A program made the translations under genes and the position numbers. From Mytilus californianus (lineage: Eukaryota), in contig NW_026262701.1 of the NCBI RefSeq assembly GCF_021869535.1, forward strand, positions 21,576,001-21,640,000: a stretch of 64,000 bases of DNA, in the 5' to 3' direction. The notes under the pieces are model-generated. The model was not told the DNA's origin. It ran no database searches and saw nothing but the letters and a program-made list of their open reading frames with translations. Of the stretch, positions 12,301 to 23,389 are shown one piece after another (position 1 is the stretch's first letter; the number at the start of each line of letters is the position of its first letter).

Positions 12301-13066
12301 ATTGGATTTTTGTACTTTTTATAGCTTAGGATTGATTATTTTTTATCAAGTTAAAAGACTATCAGAAAAAATATACTATAATGTTGTTCTCGTTGTTTAA
12401 AATTACCAATATTTTTTTATTTTTAGGAGAATTTGCAGCATTTTTATTTGTCATTTGTTATTTTAATGGCTTCGAGATAAGTTTGTTTAAAGAATTTTAA
12501 GATTATAAGGATAAAATCCTTTAAAATATTTAAGAATAATACATCGACATTTGCAATAAAAGATCATTTCATTTTATTTTCAAGAGCATTTGCGGAAAAT
12601 AATAAAATCACTGAAAATCGCGATAAACACCGTTTTAGAGATGTCCGGGTTTGAAAAAAATTAAAACGAAAATGACCATTCTTTAATAGTAATATATAAA
12701 TTAAGTTTTATATGCATATTTCTTTTCTTTTTATATTCTTAAAACTGTGCTAAATAATTAAAAATGAAAAAAAATGTTGATCATTTGTACTTGAATGTTT
12801 CGTATTTTCCATCTCGCCATTTTAATTAAATGAAACGAAACTAAGATTTCGTAATTTGTATTAGTTTATCATGTGACGTAGTAGAGTTCAATCCGTCAGA
12901 AAGGTCGATCGGTCCTATCCGTCCGATCCGTCCGATCAGTCAAATACTTTTACTATAAGTCTGACGGATTGGTGACGTGAGTTTGACGCGAACTTGACTG
13001 ATCGGTGACTGATCGATGACCGCTGATTGATCGCTAAAACAGTAACGCCTAAGGTTGCAAGTACTG
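9386..13066. mobile_element. Non-autonomous Tc1/mariner-type DNA transposon, 3681 bp
   Basis: Perfect 30-bp TIRs CAGTACTTGCAACCTTAGGCGTTACTGTTT (9386-9415; reverse complement 13037-13066), TA TSD at 9384-9385 and 13067-13068; empty site ...AATGTACA-TA-TCACGATC at about 52858 in the paralog block. Confidence 0.95.
9990..12500. repeat. AT-rich satellite-like array, ~144-bp monomer with ~288/~578-bp higher-order structure
   Basis: AAATAATGCA/GAAATTATTG-like motif recurs about every 144 bp (10127, 10265, 10410, 10555 ... 12285); CAGGATT recurs about every 288 bp; best matches are about 580 bp apart. Confidence 0.85.
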
Positions 13067-14652
13067 TATCACGATCTTGAAATATGGGAAATCACTATAA
13101 ATTTGTGAATAGAAAACCATGCTAAAGGTTGTTTTAAACAAATTAAAGGGGATTGGGGGACCCAACTTCATAACATACGAGTTATTAGTAACTCCATGAA
13201 TTATCAGTGTTAAAATTTCACCTTAACGTTTTGTTTTTTTTATTAAAGGAAAAGAATTAATGGTTCCATATTTATGTACCAGATCTAGAGCCAGTAAGTA
13301 TTCGAGAACGGAGACCTTTAAGTTAGACTGAATTGTTGATGTATAAGGCGATACGTTAGGCAATATGAAACAGATGGTGTTTAAAATATGCATAATACAA
13401 GAAAATCTGACACAAATAATCATGAAGCAAACACGTTTGTACCGGTATCAATTATGTTTGTTTTAATAAATTCATTCAGATGATGCAATGCTTTTAAACA
13501 AACATAAGACTCTAGTTCACAATAGACATGCGATTTCAGATTATATTATTAAATTGTGTTGTTAGTATCCGATTGTAACCTTAAAACAGTGCATTCAAGT
13601 GCAGAATAGATTAAGAATGGATACCTATTTATTTAAAAGCATTAGATTTTCATGTCTTTGGAAATTCAATGAAAAAAAACAAAATTTAAGTCGTTACTGA
13701 GGATGATCAGCAACAACAAAAAAATGTTAAAACACACATCTGAAGTATCAGAGTTTAAGCCTAGTATCTTTAATTAGTTGTTCCAACTAAAGTGATGTTA
13801 CAATATTTATCTTATGGATGGCCCGGTAAACGTTGTGTTTTATGTCTAAAGAAAGTGTATGCCTATTCTTTTAAAAGGCTCTGCTGAGCAAAATTTATGG
13901 TGTATATATGGCTAAGAATTGATTGACTCTGCTAGTAAAATCAGAATCTTCTTTTTTGAAGACTCAATTCTACTAAACTATAATCTTTGTAAGGAAATTG
14001 AAAAAAAATGTTTTATTTTGACTTCTTTAGGGTACTGCTATGTTTCGTTCTTCATTTGAATAGCCGGTGTAATTTGGATTTCTGTGTAGTAATTATTTGT
14101 TGTTCTATTTTTGGACTGTGTTTATAGCTGTATTCTTTTTCATATTTGTATTCAAATATAAAGAAGATCTACATCGTATTTCGAATAAAACCACCTATTC
14201 ATAGTCCCATTGCTTCTTATAGTATGCCTTTTTCAAGCATTTATAGCTATTTTTTCTGAAGTTCAAATAAAGTTGGAGTTATTTCATTGAAAAACTATTC
14301 CTTATCCTGATATGTGCTGAATATTCAACATACCTTCCATTAAAAATATTGTGTAAAACTGTTGCCGCGCATTTATATGTAAACCGTAAAATAAGTAAAA
14401 TACGAAAATATCAAGATATTTATGACGTCATGGTGACATCACAAATTACTGTTGTTCACTAAAGTAACAAGATTATATCAACCTGTTCATGTATCAATAA
14501 TATTCAGATTTTTCAAAGTTTGAGAGGATTTGCAAATATTTACATACCATTAACTAAACATTCGTGTTTTGCCAACTGCAAATCAATCGACCACAACAAT
14601 AACGATGGATTGATACATACAAAAAGTAATTAAGAGAAAACACAAATAAAGC

Positions 14653-14658
14653 TTTATT
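14653..14658 (-). terminator. Poly(A) signal AATAAA, mfp-3 copy 1
   Basis: TTTATT on + strand, about 80 nt after the stop; conserved in copies 2 and 3. Confidence 0.7.
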
Positions 14659-14736
14659 TATCTATCATTCATATCAATATTGATATCTTTCTTGTTTCAG
14701 TACTAATACAGATAGCCTTTGTTTCCCTAATATGAA

Positions 14737-14868
14737 CTAATATCCTCCCCATGGACCGTTATTCCAGCCCTTATTCCAACCATAACGTCCGTGATATCCA
14801 TTGTATCCATTATAGCCATAGTAACCATTGTTGTATGGCCATGGTGTATTATATCCTGGATCATAACC
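14737..14868 (-). CDS. mfp-3: Foot protein-3 slow variant, copy 1, exon 3: GYDPGYNTPWPYNNGYYGYNGYNGYHGRYGWNKGWNNGPWGGY*
   Basis: TTTTCATTTCAG acceptor, phase 0; peptide essentially the known Mfp-3S 45-mer; full precursor 69 aa. Confidence 0.95.
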   Translation of the reverse strand, partial: GYDPGYNTPWPYNNGYYGYNGYNGYHGRYGWNKGWNNGPWGGY

Positions 14869-14959
14869 CTGAAATGAAAAAAAACCATTAAATTTTGAAT
14901 TAATTATGATGTAGACATATAAAACAATTCAAAACCGATGCGTAACATCAGTTCATAAG

Positions 14960-15960
14960 ATGAAGATATATTAACTATGTAGTCGATGATTTAAGTCCAA
15001 TCGAAAATAAGGAGACAAAATCATGGCAAAAAAAAACGTAAAAAGAAATAAAGAAAAACAACACTATACAAAACGCAACAGGGAATGAAGACTGACCAAC
15101 ACGAACCCCAACAAAAACCGTTGGGATCTCAAGTCCTCCTAAAGGGTAAGCAGACCCTGTTCCACATTTTGCATCCAACATGTTACTCATGAACGTACAT
15201 ACCCGGTGATAAATCGTTTTCAGTAGGTCACATTCGAGGAAAAGAGGACGGGATTATGGGTATGACAATTTGTACATATCTGTTGTCATCTGTGAACTAG
15301 ATATTCCATAACAGTCAACCAACTGGTGATGGCGTCCGTTAAAATTTAGAAGGAAGGGTTTCAAGTTCACTACTTGGAACTCTTTGTTAAATACCTCCAA
15401 GGAAATCATGATACGAAATGCAAGGTCTGGAATATCGTATCAACTAGGAGAATCATATCCATATACAGGCGCTAATTAAATGTTGCAACGAGAAATGGAA
15501 AGTTCACAATTAATATAAAAATCTGAAATCATCTCTTTTGTTGTTAAGTCTTTTTTTCAAACAATCCTCATTGTCAATTTTTATATGTAAGTCAAAATAT
15601 GAGGCCGACTTAATAATATTTACCAATTTTGCTGCACTAGAAGGGCATTTCGACAATAAATGTCTTTTCAGTGATGCTCGAATCCAAAATGTTTGAAAAT
15701 CAAAAAAAATTATTAAAAAAAATTAAGAGCTTACAAACTACAAAGGTCAACAAGTATAACCTTAACTGTATTTGTTGTATTCTTTATTTCAAGTCATTGG
15801 GATACATGTGTTCAACAAAGTCATCAAATTTTTAATTATTCAGTGTGAGGACATCATCTTTATAGCGAAAGTGAAGTTAAAGGATAATGCTATCTTCTTT
15901 TCATTCTTCCTAAGAACCTCTTGAATGCAGTCAGCTTCATATTAATAAAAGAGGAACATG
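14960..15960 (-). mobile_element. Decayed Penelope-like retroelement 3' part inside mfp-3 copy 1 intron 2
   Basis: Reverse strand shows IVNFPFL-type remnant and the GGATCTGCTTACCCT...GGGGTTCGTGTT 3' tail shared with 25740-26336. Confidence 0.75.
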
Positions 15961-17024
15961 TCAGCAAAAAGAGGCGTACAGTTGGTTCCACCAGAATATA
16001 TATACATTAAAGGCGATGCGGCTTATACGTCAATCAATGGCAACACCAACCAATGCGACATATAGTATTCAAAATACCTTTAACAGTTGACAAATTTGTA
16101 TATACAATCTGTACCTAATCAAATCGCAGCTAAGCAGTAATGAAAACTATCAAACAGGGACGTAAAAATGTATTATAACATTAGATTCAAAGAAGGACAT
16201 TACGATATACCTATTAATCGATGACGAGGATTCTGATCATGAATTTAAAAAAAAACATTTGAACATAAAACAAGGTTCAACATTTTTTAAGCACACAACA
16301 AAAAGGCCATTTATGAAAATTTGAAAAGGTTTGTTTCCAAATTGAGACATCTATCCAACATGACAGAAAGACAAGGATGTGAATGACCTATAGTCACCGT
16401 ACGGCATGCAACTCTAGTTTAGTCTTCTTTTTTTTTGTATATTTGAAAATATTTGAACATGAGTTATATACCCAATAATAGATAAGACTTTTATAGTTAA
16501 TTGATATATTATTAATAAGTTAATATGTTTATAACGTGAAGTTACCACTAACAACGTTTATTTTGAACAAATTATATCAACGTTACCTCCTTTGTTGCGA
16601 AGAGTAAATGTAACGTGATTTTACCACTAACAACGTTTATTTTGTAAGATTGTACATATGTTTACCATGAATATCTTCCGTGAGGAGTGAAACCGGTAGT
16701 AACAATGTGAACAATGTAGACTATAGTTTTTTCAATATTACACACTGAGGGCTTATTGGTTGAAGGTTGATACGTAGAGTGATATGGAAAAAACCATCTC
16801 ATTTGAAAAAATGTTTGCCGTTTATCTATGTCCCTAAATTAGATGTTTATCACGTATCAATAAGACTTTGTAACCGTGACTGAATCGTCAGGGATGTTTG
16901 ACGCCGAACGATTTTCATTCATTGTATTATAAATAACGTTGACTTGTATTAACTGTTAAGTTTATGATAAAACCAAATATCTTGATGCCATACCATAAAA
17001 AACTTCAAGTATTTTTAAACTTAC

Positions 17025-17035
17025 ATAACCTGCGT
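17025..17035 (-). CDS. mfp-3: mfp-3 copy 1 exon 2, 11-nt micro-exon ACGCAGGTTAT ((G)AC GCA GGT TAT = DAGY)
   Basis: Flanked by (T)nCAG and GTAAGT; converts phase 1 to phase 0 and restores QSDA|GYGYD. Confidence 0.93.
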
Positions 17036-17610
17036 CTGAAAAAAAAAACGTTATCAATTATAATTAATCTTAATTTAGTCTTGAAAATAATATACTTGTA
17101 ATCATTGTCTGAAACTTTTATCTTTAAATAAAAAAAATATTTTTTATTATTTATGTGCCAGTAAATGATAATTTGTATAATTTATATATAAGAGTTATGG
17201 AAAACTATAAGAAGACAAACAATAGCAGAGCTATAATACATAACAAATTTTTTAACAACATCAAAATAATGACAAATAGTAAGGAAAAAATACTCACTTA
17301 AAGAAAACAAATTATAACTTTCTTCCTGTTTTCCCATCCCTTTGATGTTGTTGTAATTGCCAATTTTGGTAGGACATAAAGACTTAATTTAATTGTTTCA
17401 AGAGTTTGTTTGCTATTTTGAAAATGACGAAACCTATTCACAACGAAATTGATAGCTAGTATTTTTGCATGTAGCTAATGTCTCTATTTAAAAAATCCGA
17501 CATAACATATATATCAAGAGTTACGTACATACATATTGTTTGACAATTAATGAAAATATTAAAACAATTAAATATAATGAACCGCTTTAATAAGTCAAAC
17601 CTTTACTTAC

Positions 17611-17677
17611 CACTCTGAACTGCAAATAATCCAATAAGGACTAAAGCCAGCAAAACTGTGACACTGAATTTATTCAT
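17611..17677 (-). CDS. mfp-3: mfp-3 copy 1 exon 1, signal peptide MNKFSVTVLLALVLIGLFAVQS
   Basis: ATG at 17677, hydrophobic core typical of Mfp-3 precursors, GTAAGT donor in phase 1. Confidence 0.95.
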
Positions 17678-17706
17678 TGCTACTAAATCAAGTTTTCTGC
17701 AGGGAT

Positions 17707-17748
17707 AATCTGATTGCTGAGAAATACTCTTTATATACATTTCGCAAT
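17707..17748 (-). promoter_or_regulatory. Core promoter of copy 1: TATATAAAG (17729-17737), Inr-like TCAGATT (A at 17711), C/EBP-like ATTGCGAAAT (17739-17748)
   Basis: TATA start is 26 nt from the Inr-like A; same layout in copy 3. Confidence 0.7.
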
Positions 17749-17966
17749 CAAACCACTGCAAATCAAGAGGAAAAAACAATCGAACACATGTTTCTATTAC
17801 AATAAGATTAAAATAAAAATAAAAATTTCAGTGTATTACATAATCCGTATTCCTTGTCATATTAGATGCAAGAAGAAAATAAAAAAATTAAAAATACCAA
17901 AAGAATTAATAATATGTTAACTCTATGATTCATTAAAGGAAAATCATTAAACTACTGTTGTAATAA

Positions 17967-18300
17967 AAAGTAAAATAAAAAAAAAAAAATGAACTCCAAG
18001 GGAAATTCAAAGTGGAAAGTTCTTTAATAAAGTCAAAAGCTCAACCACATCAAACGAATGGAAAAGAAAACAACTGTCATATTCCGGATTTGGTACAGGC
18101 ATTTTCTGATGTAGAAAATAGTGGATTAAACCTGGCTTTATAGCTAGCTAAACATCTCACTTGTATGACAGTCGCATAGAATGTCATTATATTGACAACA
18201 ATGTGTGAGCAAAACATACAGACATAATAGGTAAAAATGTCAAAAAATGAAGTACAGCAGTCAACATTGTTATATAATCTTAATCACTATAAAAAACAAA
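17967..18300. mobile_element. Interspersed repeat inserted about 230 bp upstream of the copy 1 TATA box
   Basis: Absent at the homologous site in copy 2 (CTGTTGTAATAAGTGACAACC, about 35953-35973); carries the GG(A)TTTGGTACAGG...GGATTAAACCTGG core variant. Confidence 0.7.
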
Positions 18301-19229
18301 TAACTATTTCAACAAACAAAGGCAATGTTACTATAAAGCATTACTTTGCTACCTCACCCATTCAGTTATTCAAAATAGAAAAAAGTTAATTTAAAAATCA
18401 GCATATTCTAAATAGATTTTAACATATTTTGGGAAGTGGATTAACCGTATTTGTTGAACCCGTGTCTTTTTTTAAATAATTATTTATACGTTTTTATTGA
18501 TATTGCTCATACATAAACTGATTAGAATATGTCCATGACTCTAAAGTGACGTTCGGGTACAAATTCTGCCCAAACATTATTGTTTTGTTTTATTTGTTCT
18601 TTTTTCTAAACTTTTAGCAATTTCAGAAAAGAACTAATACAAAGCTACTGTTTCCAGCATAGTTTGTACAAAATAAGTTCCTATCGTACCTTCTGTTTAA
18701 AATACGCTGTTCTGTTTTCTGCTTTTTTGTAATGGACCTCTAACGTTGACGTCTAACCTTTATACAGAACAAACATCAGTTTGTACTTTTGATCAAATAA
18801 TGTTTAATGGCTCTACAACATATCAGGCTCTAAAAAAAGTGGGGAAAATGATTAAAATTAAGCAGAGAGAATGAGCGAGAGAATTCTTCTTGAAGTAAAC
18901 GTTTATAACGATAAGCGTAGAGTTTAGTGTGCAAGTAACGACTGCATTGCGAAAACATTGACGTGCCTTTGATGAAGCAAACTTAGAAAAATTGTTTGCA
19001 ATTTCGATCGCTAAACAATCGCTATATCTTTACAAAACAGGAATCGTAGAAAAGGAGTTCTATTTTGTGTTTGGAAGTAACCGTTTGGTAGCAGATGCAA
19101 TAGAAATAGCAAAGAAAGGAAAAGTCGCAAAAGTATATATTGATTAACAATTTCTGTAGATTATTTATACAATCTATTATACATAAGATAAGACCCTGAC
19201 TTTTCTTGTCGAGGATCATTATTCTAAAC

Positions 19230-19560
19230 TAAAAAAGAGGCAAAAGAAACCATAGGGATATACAAAACTCATAAGTCGAAAACAAAGGAGAGGTGAAAGA
19301 TACCAAAGGGACATTCAAACAGTCAAAATTAAAACTGACAACGACATGGCTAAAAAAGAAAAAGACCAACAGACAAACAGACAAACAACAGTACATAACA
19401 CACACAACATAGAAACTAAAGACTGAGCAACACGAACCCCACTAAAAACTAGGAGTGATCTCAAATGCTCCGGAAGGATAAGCAGATCCTGCTTCACATC
19501 TGGCTGCCAAACAATGTCATGGCTAGAAAACAAAAAACGACGAAAAGACAAACAACATAC
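19230..19560 (-). mobile_element. Penelope-like 3' tail fragments (nested)
   Basis: Reverse complement of GGATCTGCTTA.CCTTCCGGAGCA...GGGGTTCGTGTTGCTCAGTCTTTAG...GTATCTTTC. Confidence 0.7.
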
Positions 19561-22500
19561 ACAAAACACATCTGAGTATGCTACATTTGAAGAATTTAGC
19601 TTCGTTCTGATATGTTTATTTTACGTATCCATTCTTTTTCATTAGATGAAGAAAACAAAATTTAATTAAATTTTCTTGAGAATTTATTAAGTATCATCGG
19701 TTATCTTCAAAAAGGATGCCATACTCACATAAGATATGGTATAGTTCTTACCAATGACATTTTAAAATTCACAGAAAAATAATTAGTAAGCTGAGCAATT
19801 TCAAAAAAGGTTGTTATCGATTTTTTATATTGATTTCTTCATATTTGATAAACTTTCAATACCGTCAATCCTTCCTTTTCCCGACATAAACCACGAAAAT
19901 AGAAAACCCTATAAAATATGCACCTACAATATAATATGTGAAAAGTAATTAACAGTTTCAATTAAGTACACATTGTTCCGTGGCAAAACAGTTACTATAC
20001 GAGTCCATCTTATTTGTTTTATAAGTTAGATAGTTGGTAAAAATCGGTAAGATTTGCCAGTTCTTAGATATTCACAAATGTTTAAAAACTCAGTCAGATC
20101 TCATAAAGAATTTTTCAGTTGCATTATAAAGTTTGCAAATTTATTAATATTGTTGTTGGCTTTTAACAAGTTTGTTGAAATATATTCTACGCACTGCAAA
20201 ATATAAGCTGTGTCTTAATGCAATTTTGCAATTTTCAATGTTTATAACTTATCATGCTGCCGTTTGAATTCTTTCCATACGAATGAAGCTGGTAAAATAC
20301 AGAAGAAACGACCTTTCTTAATCTGTCTATGAACATTATAAGACCGTTTGGTGGGGTTTGTTTTGCTCGATCTTTACTTTTCTGTATTGTGTTTTAAATA
20401 CTTTAGCATGTCTTTAATTCGTTTTTCGTTTTTGTCATGACGTTCTCAATTTGTCATCGACTAATCAGTTTGAATGTCCTTTTGGTATCTTTTACCACTC
20501 TTTTGATCACATATATAAAGCAATATTGATTCATAAGAATAATACAGTACCTTTCTGCATGTTTTATTTTATCTTTATTTTGAATTGAGAACAGAAAACC
20601 TATGGTTTTTTTCTCTTTCAATTCTAAAAGGTCTTTTAATATGACATTAAAATTTAAAAAAAGACTAAAACAATATAAATTATAGTTAGTTTATGCCATT
20701 TTCAGGCTCACATTCAGGTACCTATTCTTAGTGAATGAAATTTTACGTGGTATACCTACAAAGACCGTCAATAAAAAGAACTATCCATCAAAGGTAAACG
20801 GTATTCGGCATGGAATTACAATGATTTTGGTCATTTAAATTATAAAGATCATTACTATTTAACTCAACTCTCAACTGGTTGATAAAAAAGAAGCGAATAT
20901 CTTATTTGATTAAAAAACGTTATAGAAATCCCTTTTTATACAAGATCGTGTCATTTTTGTTGAGCCTACAACGAAAGTCACGGAAGCGAGACATAGCGAT
21001 CGTACACCTCGTTGTCGTCGGCAACATTTATGTTTAATCTATGGTTACAAAATTATTCAGCATACATATCTCTATGGAAACTAAGACAAAAATTTCTTCT
21101 TTATCAAATGAAAGGCAGTTAAAAGAGTAAAAGAGGTAGGGTCAATTTCCCTTGTATTTATTTTACTACAGGGCCATATTCAAAAATGCTTTCACTTATG
21201 ACTTTTATTCATGGTATCACCGCACAATGTGTTTAACGTTTTAAAACATAATGTCTCATTTCTTAACAAATCAACAAATTATAATTTCCTGAATGAAGCC
21301 AAAAACTCAATTGTAACAGATTTTGCCAAATATCAAGTAATTTTCCTAAAAATATTTAAAAAGGAGTCCGGGAACCAAAACTTAAATTCTGTTGAAAGTA
21401 AGCCATGAATTGTCTTTAATATACAAAATAATTCATTATGATGAGCAATGTCCTTTGACGGAAAATCTGATAAATAAAACCCCTTTTGAATTTCAGTTGT
21501 ATATCAAAATTCTTTAAACAGCATCACGTAGCGCAAAATAACATTTTGATTTTATGGAAATGAACAAAGTAAAATTGGTAAAAAAATATATGTTACGTAT
21601 ATGATATATTGACCTGTCCATTTTTTCCCAAAAAATTAGATAATGGTATTTTCAATGTCTAGCAGGATTAAATACTTTTTATATTTTGACCATGTAAGTA
21701 AATCAAATACATATTTTTGTTTTCAATTTTCAGGTTGTTTTTTCATTTATCACTGACATACAATCGAACGATAAATTTTAAGACATAAACAACTGTGTTA
21801 TGTTACGACACTGATACTGTAAATAAAGAAATAGCATCTAAACAAAAAACCTTTTTTTTTTTCGTGTTTCACTTATAAATGGGCCGTGTTTTTGGCAGTC
21901 AACTTTACACTTTTACACAGACAGAAGCAATCGTAGGCGAGAGACGTATGCGGCGAAAGCCTTTACGGATATTTGACAATGTAAACAAGAAAATATAACA
22001 TCGAATCGCTACTTTTGTCCCTTTATTAAAAAAATGTAGAACAGAACTCTGATCAATTAAAGAATTTTTAATTAGTAGAAAATAAAATGTTTTACCTACT
22101 GACTTTCTTACAACTTCGTCAAGTAAACAGCAGTACGTGATCGTATCTGTTGCTTTTATCTAAAGATATGACACGGGTCGGTTGAACAGCACTGTATTTA
22201 TACAACAATACACACATATTATAATAAGTAAAAACGCATTCATTTTCAAAATATAATTCCAATTACAGATCTCACAGACTAGTATTTTGTCATTGTAAGA
22301 CGGGTACATGTTTACCGAGGATAACGTATCATAAGATCCCATAATTACTTTTAAACTAAATATGCCGGAGAAAAGTTCCGAATCTTGGATAGAACAAACA
22401 AGCACTCCCTTCCAAAGTGCGGACGTGACAGAAGACACCTTAATGTAGCATTTACAAGAGCCAATAACAAATAATGATGAAAACAACGTACATTACATTT

Positions 22501-22574
22501 TCATACTACTTTGAAATAAGTATTTTTACCTAGATAGGCAAATGTGTCTTATGATAATGATAAAATATCACACA

Positions 22575-23216
22575 ATATGAGTGCATAGGCCTACCCAGCT
22601 GCATCCAGTTATGTTTCTTGTATCTAAAAAATCTATCCTTGGATTATTGTTTTTGAGACAAGAGACAAAAACGCCAAAAAATGGTAAAAATCGTCATTTA
22701 AGGACAATAACTCTATTAAGGAGTATTCTGCAGATATCAGCCATGTCAGATTATCTGTAGATCTTGTCTTCTGATCAGTTTTGCTCTTAAAGTTTTCTTT
22801 ATCTGTTTTAGTTTACAAAATTATAGGCAAAAATTAAAAAAAGATAAAATCTGCAATTAAACAGCAATCACTTCTATACGAAGTCGCCATTTTATATACA
22901 TTGACAGTAGGTAGCTCGAATTGTATTGCAAATTTCTGCCAGTCAGATTTTCTCATTCTGAAGGGGTTTTGAAGAAAGTAAACACAAAACGTATTATATC
23001 CTCATGTTATTTTAATTTCTAGCCATGTCGACCGTGTTGGTTGGCGGACAGAATCATATGACACATTTTTAATATAGAATTATCACGGATGATTATTACT
23101 TAGTTTGGTTCCCATTGGCCAAGTAGTTTAAGAGGATTTTTGTAAAATTAAACGGATGACGGACGCCAAGTGATGAGAAAAGCTAACTAAGGCATTTTGT
23201 AAATTGAGCTAATAAT
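22575..23216 (-). mobile_element. HINE/Helentron-like non-autonomous element
   Basis: Minus-strand TTATTAGCTCA...AGCTTTTCTCATCACTTGGCGTCCGTC end and internal GGACAATAACTC units; homologs at about 37130-37890 and 61875-62495. Confidence 0.6.
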
Positions 23217-23389
23217 GAAATGCACTGCTAATCTGGTGTTGTTGGTTTTCTTACTAACAAAAAAAAAATGTATTTCTGGCCGGTTAATATTTCAAAACAA
23301 ATTTCAAGCCTTTATTAACAGTCAATAGGTTTAACCGTAAATGTGAATATATATTGTAAATTTGAAACGATGATAATTTCTTTGCAATA

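Noticed and set aside
9990-12500. 144-bp array as a decayed leucine-rich-repeat gene (2 x 24 codons; IISVIKEEIFAYLSN on the minus strand)
   Set aside because: Stops recur at the same positions in homologous units and indels are not multiples of 3; ORFs 10509, 11018 and 11129 are treated as repeat artefacts
17285-17335. Extra GTGAGT donor in mfp-3 intron 1 (second micro-exon?)
   Set aside because: The upstream AG has a purine-rich context, the 28-nt segment would break the frame, and it is not needed to rebuild the known peptide
22160-22500. Coding-looking patch (ORF 22160-22486 minus; MPEKSSESWIEQ on plus)
   Set aside because: Stops and frame differences between blocks 1 and 3; no motif or linked exons
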